This document shows, in pieces, positions 57,480-64,000 of a DNA stretch of 64,000 nt. Source of the DNA: Deferrisomatales bacterium (GTDB taxonomy: Bacteria > Desulfobacterota > Deferrisomatia > Deferrisomatales > JACRMM01); the NCBI GenBank assembly GCA_033551855.1, contig JAWSUI010000001.1, positions 1 through 64,000 of the forward strand, read 5' to 3'. Both the position numbers and the translations under genes were made by a program. The first letter of the stretch is position 1. The number at the start of each line of letters is the position of its first letter. Below the pieces are notes generated by a model. It was not told where the DNA came from and did no database searches. It was given only the letters and a program-made list of their open reading frames with translations.

Positions 57480-57680
57480 TCACTCCCACCACGGCCGGGC
57501 GCCCCGCATGGCCACCCGACGAACCCGGCGGGGCCGACGCTCCGGGCGCAGCGCCCGAAACAGGCCCGACACCAGCTTCGCGAAGGGCGACGGGGACGGC
57601 AGCCCCCGGCGCAGGACCACGGGGGAGGCGAGCAGGAGAATCGCTGTGGTGAGTTGGGCCAGGAGCAGTTGTTCCGTCAT
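57480..57680 (-). CDS. Small single-TM basic protein (66 aa)
   Basis: Hydrophobic N-terminus, Arg-rich tail; upstream TTGACG-N18-TACCTT promoter-like sequence. Confidence 0.45.
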   Translation of the reverse strand: MTEQLLLAQLTTAILLLASPVVLRRGLPSPSPFAKLVSGLFRALRPERRPRRVRRVAMRGARPWWE

Positions 57681-57922
57681 GGTGGTCGCCTTCTCGGAGC
57701 CTCGGTCGCTGCCTTGGACAATGACGCGTACAAGGTACTATTTGCTGCAATGCGGCGTCAAGAGGAAAAAGGTGGCGGCCGAAGCGGGCGTTGGGGCTCT
57801 CTGGGGGCCCGTCTACGCCGTCTTCCCCGGCCCCTCGTTCCGCAAGGCGGCAAATCGCGGCGCGCGCCGGGGTACCTGACAATGAATCCCGCAAGCTCGA
57901 AGCCTCATCCGGGGAACCCCCC

Positions 57923-58318
57923 GTGACCCCGCGGCCGGCCGGGCTGCCCGCCCTCTGGAGCCGTGCGGCCCACGCGGGCCTGGCGGCGCTCGGCTACCTC
58001 CTCTCCCCCCTGTCCTGGTGGAACGACGCCGTCGTGAACCTGCCGCTCGCCTATGCCTTCGGGGCAGCGGCGGAGCTGCTCTTCCCGGGGCGCTTCGCCG
58101 GGGCCGTGATCGTCGGCTACTGGCTCACGAACGTGGCCGGCCTGGTGATGCTCCACTCGGGCGCCGGCCGCGCCCTGTGCCGGACCCCCCCCTGCCGATA
58201 CACCCGTCGCATGCTCCTCCGGGACCTGGCCGTTTCCGTTCTCTACACGGTCGCGATCGCCGCCCTGGTCTGGGGCGGCGTCCTGAGACCGCCGGCAGAG
58301 CTTCTCGGGCGTGGTTGA
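57923..58318 (+). CDS. Hypothetical membrane protein
   Basis: Three to four hydrophobic segments; GYLLSPLSWWND..VNLPLAY, GYWLTNV.G. Confidence 0.7.
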   Translation: MTPRPAGLPALWSRAAHAGLAALGYLLSPLSWWNDAVVNLPLAYAFGAAAELLFPGRFAGAVIVGYWLTNVAGLVMLHSGAGRALCRTPPCRYTRRMLLRDLAVSVLYTVAIAALVWGGVLRPPAELLGRG

Positions 58319-58321
58319 GGG

Positions 58322-59155
58322 TCAGAGGCGGGCGAGGGTCTGGACCACCTCGTCGATGATCCAGGCCGGGGTCGATGCCCCCGCCGTCACCCCCACCCGG
58401 CTGAGGCCGCGCAGCGAGCCGAGGGGGAGCTCCGCCGCGGTCTCCACGTGGTACGAGGGGACCCCCAGGGCCTCCCCGATCTCGGCCAGCCTGCGCGTGT
58501 TGGCCGAATTCCTTCCGCCGATCACCACCAGGGCATCGACGCGCCCGGCCATTTCCCGCACCTCGGACTGCCGGCGGTGGGTCGATTGGCAGATGGTGGC
58601 CAGCGCCTTCGCCCTGGGGTAGCGGTCGAGCACGCGCTGCCGAATGGCGTGAAAGACCTCCTCGTCCTGGGTCGACTGGGCCACCAACAGGACCCGGTCC
58701 AACGGCGGGAGCTCATCGACCTCGTCGGGCCGCGACACTACCCGCGCAAACCCCGAGGCGTGGCCGAGCAGCCCCACCACCTCCGGGTGGTCGGCATCCC
58801 CGGCGATGATCACCGCGTAGCCGCGGCCGCTGAATTCCGCGATCTTCCGCTGGATCGTGGAGACCTTGGGGCAGGTGGCATCGACGACGCGACGCGACCC
58901 CTGCTCGAGCTGCTCCAGCTCAGCGGGAGGCACCCCGTGGGCCCGCACCACCACCGTACCCTCCGGGACGGGGCCGTCCGCGGGGAGCGGGATCACCCCC
59001 TTGTCCCGCAGGTCCTCCAGGGCCTGCGGGTTGTGGATGAGGGGGCCGTGGGTGAAGACCTCCCCCTCCTCCTCCTTGACGGCCTCCAGGGCCATCTCGA
59101 TGGCCCGGCGCACCCCCATGCAGAAGCCCGCCGAGCGGGCCAACACGATCTCCAC
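58322..59155 (-). CDS. ispH: 4-hydroxy-3-methylbut-2-enyl diphosphate reductase
   Basis: AGFCMGV.RA, IHN, RAHGV, DATCP.V, HPEV.G, TIC..T..RQ, S.NT, TAGASTP. Confidence 0.95.
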   Translation of the reverse strand: MEIVLARSAGFCMGVRRAIEMALEAVKEEEGEVFTHGPLIHNPQALEDLRDKGVIPLPADGPVPEGTVVVRAHGVPPAELEQLEQGSRRVVDATCPKVSTIQRKIAEFSGRGYAVIIAGDADHPEVVGLLGHASGFARVVSRPDEVDELPPLDRVLLVAQSTQDEEVFHAIRQRVLDRYPRAKALATICQSTHRRQSEVREMAGRVDALVVIGGRNSANTRRLAEIGEALGVPSYHVETAAELPLGSLRGLSRVGVTAGASTPAWIIDEVVQTLARL

Positions 59156-59325
59156 GGTTTCCCCTCCTATACGGAAACCCGCTGCCCCGCACGCCGCCTG
59201 GATCCTGCCGCCGTTCTCAAGGCACCCGGCCCCACCATTCCAACCCACTATACGTCGATCGAACGCACGATCTACTAGGACCGTCCATCTCCTTCCCGCC
59301 GTCTCCTTGCGCGCCGGTGATTATC

Positions 59326-59386
59326 AGGCTGCAACTGACTAGGCTGCAACTGACCCATTGACAAACGCGCGCGCCCGGAATAATCT
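59326..59386 (+). promoter_or_regulatory. Tandem 14-bp direct repeat abutting a sigma70 promoter
   Basis: AGGCTGCAACTGAC at 59326 and 59341; TTGACA(59358)-N17-TAATCT. Confidence 0.55.
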
Positions 59387-59528
59387 CCTTATGGGTTTTA
59401 CTAAACACTCCCTGATCTAATCGCCGCAGCTTGGCGGCGTTTGTTTCCCTCGCTGCCGTCACCCAAGAAAGCGGGCTGGTTTGCGCAACATCAGAGCTAC
59501 GTATCTCCAGAGGAAGGGAGGGAGTGCG

Positions 59529-59990
59529 ATGGTCTCTCGGATCAGCATTCTGGCGGTTACCTTAGTCGCCTCAATTACAGCTGGGTGCATGTCCGCTCAG
59601 CAGCACTACCAGCAGACCCACGGCGCCCATGAAAAGGAAATGACGGTCGGCATAGTCCAAAGAGAGATTAGAAAGGGAATGTCTGCTGCAGACGTAGCGG
59701 GCGTTCTGGGCTCCCCGAACATAGTTACCACGGACGAGAGCGGCCGAGAGGTCTGGATCTATGACAAAATATCTACAGATGTATCGTATTCGCAGAGCTC
59801 CGGAGGCGGAGGTCTTGCGCTGCTGATTGGTGCCGCAGCTGGAAATGTGGTCGGCGGAGGTCTGGGGTCAACGAGTTACTCGCAGTCGGCAGGGGCTCAG
59901 TCCAAAACGCAACGGACTCTGACGGTCATTATAAAATACGATGAAGACAAGCTCGTTCGGGATTTTGCCTACCACTCCAGCAAGTTTTAG
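59529..59990 (+). CDS. Lipoprotein with BamE/SmpA-like domain (low-GC islet)
   Basis: Lipobox TAGC; IRKGMS..DV...LGSP.......E.WIY; Gly-rich hydrophobic insert. Confidence 0.75.
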   Translation: MVSRISILAVTLVASITAGCMSAQQHYQQTHGAHEKEMTVGIVQREIRKGMSAADVAGVLGSPNIVTTDESGREVWIYDKISTDVSYSQSSGGGGLALLIGAAAGNVVGGGLGSTSYSQSAGAQSKTQRTLTVIIKYDEDKLVRDFAYHSSKF

Positions 59991-60004
59991 AGCGGAGCGC
60001 GGCG

Positions 60005-60541
60005 ATGAGAGGGCTGCATACGACTAGAGCCCTTATCGGCTCCATAGGGTTTCTTACCCTCGTTTCCTGCGCGCCCACTGTGCCAAGAGACGCTCTAACA
60101 CTAACGCCGGAGTCCTTGGCCGACCGCCAGGTACAAACGAGGACTTTCGACACGAGTGACGAAGCGAAGATTTTGGAGGCCAGCGCCGCGGTTCTGCAAG
60201 ATTTGGGCTATACGATCGACGCCTCTGAAGTTCCTTGCGGAGTCATCGTCTGTTCGCGCGACCGAGACGTGACCAATCCCGGAGAAGTTGTTGGAAAAGT
60301 GCTCCTTGCTGCGCTTGTGGGGACACCGGCAACTTGGAACAAGCGCCAAAAAGTAGTAGCGTCCCTGGTGACCCGCCCATTAGGAGAAAACAGGATCGCC
60401 GTGCGCATTACATTCCAGCACATGGTCTGGAACACACAAAATCAAATGACGAAGAACGAGACGATAAAGGAACCCGCTGTCTACCAAGAGTTTTTCGAGC
60501 GTCTCTCGAAGTCTGTATTCTTGGCGGCGCACGACCTCTAG
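60005..60541 (+). CDS. Hypothetical lipoprotein (low-GC islet)
   Basis: Lipobox LVSC; paralogous to 60552-60971. Confidence 0.75.
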   Translation: MRGLHTTRALIGSIGFLTLVSCAPTVPRDALTLTPESLADRQVQTRTFDTSDEAKILEASAAVLQDLGYTIDASEVPCGVIVCSRDRDVTNPGEVVGKVLLAALVGTPATWNKRQKVVASLVTRPLGENRIAVRITFQHMVWNTQNQMTKNETIKEPAVYQEFFERLSKSVFLAAHDL

Positions 60542-60551
60542 GAGGCCTGAA

Positions 60552-60971
60552 ATGCAATCAGCCAGAACGGCTCTTGCTGTCTTGGTCCTCCTTGTTCTGG
60601 CGGCCTGTGCCAGCCCGCAAAAGCAGATACTGGACACCAAAGAGTCTCAAGTAAAACTGCGCGCAATGCAAAGCCGCGCCTTCGATACTACAGACAAGAA
60701 CAAGATGCTTCGAGTAGCAATATCTACACTTCAGGACCTTGGATTCGTAGTTGATGGAGCAGATGCAGCACTTGGAACGGTCTCTGCAACAAAAAGGTCG
60801 GGATACGCCCTGAGAATGACCGTTTCTGTTCGATCCAGAGGGGAGTCTCAACTAGTGGTTAGGGCGAATGCCCAATACAATCTCCAGACAGTAGAAGATC
60901 CTGAGCCGTACCAGCAGTTTTTCTCCTCATTATCCAAGGGACTGTTTTTGGAAGCGCAACAAATTGAGTGA
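60552..60971 (+). CDS. Hypothetical lipoprotein (low-GC islet)
   Basis: Lipobox LAAC; QSRAFDT..LQDLGF and YQQFF..LSK..FL.A are shared with the previous gene; AGGAGG SD. Confidence 0.78.
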   Translation: MQSARTALAVLVLLVLAACASPQKQILDTKESQVKLRAMQSRAFDTTDKNKMLRVAISTLQDLGFVVDGADAALGTVSATKRSGYALRMTVSVRSRGESQLVVRANAQYNLQTVEDPEPYQQFFSSLSKGLFLEAQQIE

Positions 60972-61063
60972 GGCCAAGGCATAATAACACAAGCCCCAAT
61001 GTACGGGCCGGTCACTGCGAAGCAACCCGCGTGCACCCCAGGGAGGGGTAGCTTGGCGTCAGG

Positions 61064-61552
61064 TCAGAACGGCACGTCGTCGTTGGGGTCGAAGGCGGCG
61101 TCCTCCGGGCCGGGGAAGTCGTCGGGGCCGCCCCCGCCCGCGGCGGGGGCGGGCTTCGGGGCCGGGCGGCTGCTCGCGGCCCGGGGACCCTCGAACCCCC
61201 CGGCCTCCGCCCCCTGGCCCTTGGTCCGGCCCAGGAACTGGACGTCGTTCACGACGATCTCGGTCGTGTAGCGGTTGTTGCCTTCCTTGTCCTGCCACTT
61301 CCGGGTCTGGATACGGCCCTCGATGTAGACCGTCGACCCCTTCTGCAGGTATTGGTTGCACAGCTCCGCCTGCCGCGCCCAGGCGACGATGTTGTGCCAC
61401 TCGGTGTGGTCGACCCACTCCTCCCCCTGCTTGCGGCGCTCCGTCGTGGCCAGGCTGAAGGTGCACACCGCCGTCCCGCTCTGGGTGTAGCGGATCTCCG
61501 GGTCTTTGCCCAGATTCCCGATCAGGATCGCCTTGTTGACGCCTCTGGCCAT
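61064..61552 (-). CDS. ssb: Single-stranded DNA-binding protein
   Basis: VNKAILIGNLGKDPE, TEWHNIV, YIEGRIQTRKW, C-terminal DDVPF. Confidence 0.96.
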   Translation of the reverse strand: MARGVNKAILIGNLGKDPEIRYTQSGTAVCTFSLATTERRKQGEEWVDHTEWHNIVAWARQAELCNQYLQKGSTVYIEGRIQTRKWQDKEGNNRYTTEIVVNDVQFLGRTKGQGAEAGGFEGPRAASSRPAPKPAPAAGGGGPDDFPGPEDAAFDPNDDVPF

Positions 61553-61656
61553 GGTGCCTCCGCGGGTCTCGGGGGGAGTCGTGGGGGGCAGTTTAGCGGC
61601 CGGTCCCCGGAGGGGTCAAGGTCGGCAGGCCTTAAGAATCCACCGTCAGACTCTTG

Positions 61657-61865
61657 GGTTCATCCGGGAAATGACCGGGTACTCGTGTCCAGGGACGACC
61701 GGGTGGGCCCGGCCACGCAGGCGGACAGCCGCTCGACAGGAGCAGCCACTTCGGGAGCCGCGATGCCGCGCGGATTCCGGATGCGGCGCGGGAGCACACC
61801 TATTGTACAGCCCGGCATCATCTGCCGGAGGGGGCGGGCCCACCCGGTCGTTCACCGGAAGAACC
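61657..61865 (+). mobile_element. MITE copy C with a perfect 8-bp target-site duplication
   Basis: GACTCTTG (61649-61656) | GGTTCATCCGG ... CCGGAAGAACC | GACTCTTG (61866-61873). Confidence 0.85.
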
Positions 61866-62066
61866 GACTCTTGGGCGGTGTCGGGGAGCCGTGGAGCGCA
61901 GCCCCGCACCGCCTCGACCGATGGGCCCAAGCCCGCAGAAACCGGTGAGGCCGGGCGTACCCGCTTCCTCCCCAACGCCTCGTCCGGATACCGCAGATGG
62001 CGGGGCGGAGCGGAGGGGCTCCCCGAGCCCGGGCACTTGCCAGGCGGTGGATCCAGGGCCCAACGC

Positions 62067-62948
62067 TCACCAAGCCCAGGAGAGGCCGGCCCCCGTGACC
62101 CCCGGGCCCAGGACCAGACCCCACCGGGGCAGCGCCCCCTCCTCCCGGCTCCGGAAGAAGCGCCCCTCCTCCCGGCGGTTCCACTTGTGGGCAGCGTTGA
62201 CTGCGCTGGCGATGTTGCCCGAGTACCAGCCGAGCTCGAAGAACCCGAGCACGCCCGCCAGGGCCCACTGCTCCCGCCGCGCGGCCTCGTAGGTTCCCCA
62301 CAGGAAGGCGGCGTTCAGGAAGAAGGAGACCGCCGCGTCCCGGGGGCGGTCGGTATAGAGGTGCCCCGCCCCCGGCAGGACCGCCGCCAGGGTGCCGGCG
62401 GCCCGGGGGCTCTTTCGGGGGAGCTCGCGATACTGGTCGGCGAGGTCCGCCCGGGCGCCCTCCGACAGGCGCTCGGCACCCACCCGCAGGAGCGCCAGGG
62501 TGCCGAGGGTGGCCGACGCGGGGGGCGCCCCGGGGGTCAGGAGCACCCGGGCGGCGTCCGTGTAGCGCTCCCCCCGATAGAGGGCGGAACCCAGGAGCCA
62601 GCGCGCCTCCTCCCCGTCGGGGAGCCGCCCGAAGGCGGCCGCAGCCTCGTCCCACCGGCCGGCTTGGGCGTAGGCCCGCCCCAGGCCCTCCACCGCCCGG
62701 AGCACCTGGGGGTGCTCACCGAAGTGGTGGAGGAACCGAAGGTACTCGGTGGCCGCCCGGAAGCTCTCCCCCGCAGCGAGCAGCGCCTGGGCGAAGGACA
62801 GGATCCCCTCGGGGGTGGCCGGTGGGGCCGCCTCCTCCGCCCGGGTCGGCGCGGCGGCACTCAGGACGAGCAGGAGGAGGAGGGCACCCCAGACCCCCCC
62901 CCGGCGCCGCCCGGCCGCCCGGCGGCCCCCCGCCCGCTCAGGGCGCAA
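62067..62948 (-). CDS. Exported TPR protein with a C-terminal membrane segment
   Basis: Signal peptide, TPR-like helices, KSP..AG.LA..LPGAGHLY. Confidence 0.7.
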   Translation of the reverse strand: MRPERAGGRRAAGRRRGGVWGALLLLLVLSAAAPTRAEEAAPPATPEGILSFAQALLAAGESFRAATEYLRFLHHFGEHPQVLRAVEGLGRAYAQAGRWDEAAAAFGRLPDGEEARWLLGSALYRGERYTDAARVLLTPGAPPASATLGTLALLRVGAERLSEGARADLADQYRELPRKSPRAAGTLAAVLPGAGHLYTDRPRDAAVSFFLNAAFLWGTYEAARREQWALAGVLGFFELGWYSGNIASAVNAAHKWNRREEGRFFRSREEGALPRWGLVLGPGVTGAGLSWAW

Positions 62949-63351
62949 GCCGCCCCCGCAGGAACGCCAGGTCGTCCTCGACGGGGGAGTACACCTTCCA
63001 GCGCCCCCCGACGAAGATCCGGGGGGCGAAGGCCGCCTCGTCCGCCTCGGCCTGGAGCCTGCCGGCGGTGAGCACGGCGCCCAGGACCGGCCCGTGGGTG
63101 CGAACCGCCTCGAGGGCGTACGCGGAGCAGGTGGGGTGGGAGGGGCAGCGGTCCCCGTCCACCCGGCTCACGGTGGCCCGGTAGGCCTTCACGGCCCACT
63201 CGAGCGCCACAGCAGCCGGGTTCGTGGGACCGACGTCTGCGCCGTGGTCCGACGCAGGTCTCTGCACACGCCAGCCGGGCGGATCCCACCCCGCCCCCGC
63301 GAGGGACGGCGCCCCGAGCAGCCACAGGGCCAGGAGGAGGAGGCTCCTCAA
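62938..63351 (-). CDS. YidD-like (membrane protein insertion efficiency factor) domain protein
   Basis: Y...S.VDG.RCPSHPTCSAYALEAV..HG...G; N-terminal signal-like segment; TTG start overlaps the upstream stop. Confidence 0.72.
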   Translation of the reverse strand: MRSLLLLALWLLGAPSLAGAGWDPPGWRVQRPASDHGADVGPTNPAAVALEWAVKAYRATVSRVDGDRCPSHPTCSAYALEAVRTHGPVLGAVLTAGRLQAEADEAAFAPRIFVGGRWKVYSPVEDDLAFLRGRLAP

Positions 63352-63863
63352 AAGTAGTACCGCATGCCCAGGTTGACGAAGCTCTCCCCGCTGGTCCCGA
63401 AGGTGGTCCGGTCGCCCACGTCGGTCAGCCCGAGGCCCACTTCGCCGGTGAAACCCAGGTTGGGGAGGCCCTGGAAGAAGTACTCCACGCCGGCGAAGGC
63501 CTCCGCGGCGACCCCGTTGTCCGAGCTCCCGCTCCGCCGCTCCCGGAGCCACGCCAAGCCGCCGCCGCCGTAGGCGTGGAGGTTCTCCTCCTCGACGAAC
63601 TTGATCAGGAAGCGCCCGCCGAGGTTGTAGAAGCGCTCATCCGGCCCATCGTCCCGGTCCACTAGGCGGAACCCGCCCAGGAACTCCACCGCGAGCTGGC
63701 GGTCGATCCAGTACCGGACGGCCACGGACGAGAGCCCCGAGCCCTCCGGGGCAAACCCCTTGCTGAACCCCACACCCCACATGCCGGAGAGGTCCTTCGC
63801 GCCCGCGGGCAGGGCGAAGAGAAGCAGGGCCAGGCTCAGGGTCAAGGCGATGGTGCGTCTCAT
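63348..63863 (-). CDS. Small outer-membrane beta-barrel protein
   Basis: Signal peptide, amphipathic beta strands, C-terminal GMRYYF beta-signal. Confidence 0.75.
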   Translation of the reverse strand: MRRTIALTLSLALLLFALPAGAKDLSGMWGVGFSKGFAPEGSGLSSVAVRYWIDRQLAVEFLGGFRLVDRDDGPDERFYNLGGRFLIKFVEEENLHAYGGGGLAWLRERRSGSSDNGVAAEAFAGVEYFFQGLPNLGFTGEVGLGLTDVGDRTTFGTSGESFVNLGMRYYF

Positions 63864-63936
63864 GGTCTTCCTCCTCATGACGTGCTGCAGGTGACGGCCC
63901 GGCGGCCCCGTGCCGCGCTCCGGAGCGGGCCGCGGT

Positions 63937-63999
63937 TCACTCCTGGTTGTGGCGGTACACGAGCCGCGGAGCCTCGTGGGTGACCTTGGTCTGAGGGGG
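63937..63999 (-). CDS. 3' end of an upstream gene (truncated by the window)
   Basis: ...PPQTKVTHEAPRLVYRHNQE*; too short to assign. Confidence 0.35.
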   Translation of the reverse strand, partial: PPQTKVTHEAPRLVYRHNQE

Positions 64000-64000
64000 C

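Noticed and set aside
59240..61552. Prophage or ICE boundary at the low-GC islet and ssb
   Set aside because: No integrase, att repeats or phage genes seen; ssb has host-like codon usage.
63937..63999. C-terminus resembling serine O-acetyltransferase
   Set aside because: Only 20 residues are visible, too few for a call.

Overview
A high-GC (roughly 70% by eye) chromosomal region whose gene set fits an anaerobic deltaproteobacterium-like organism (inference). The main block (39.1-56.2 kb) is a sigma54-driven operon with two diverged tandem copies of an hdrA-mvhD-metV-metF-hdrCB cassette, the Hdr-linked methylene-THF reductase type. Copy 1 has a giant HdrA with an inserted GltD-like NAD(P)H module and an MvhD with an in-frame UGA plus SECIS-like hairpin (selenocysteine), which the ORF track splits in two. 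Copy 2 has a shorter HdrA and a Cys-MvhD. Five gene junctions in this operon carry a family of inverted-repeat elements built from tandem ACRGGAT units around unrelated spacers. Elsewhere: a merR-VIT/vWA-topA operon with an unusual TopA tail, plus a deleted topA relic; three copies and one solo end of a ~200-bp ISL3-like MITE (one with a perfect 8-bp TSD); a por operon whose delta subunit contains a GltD-like domain; a ZraSR/ZraP-like locus; an M1-(degenerate M28)-PDZ peptidase; two ferritin-family genes; a low-GC three-lipoprotein islet; and housekeeping genes (atoE, hpt, gap, ispH, ssb). I found no rRNA, tRNA or CRISPR array. All calls come from reading the sequence; no searches were run.
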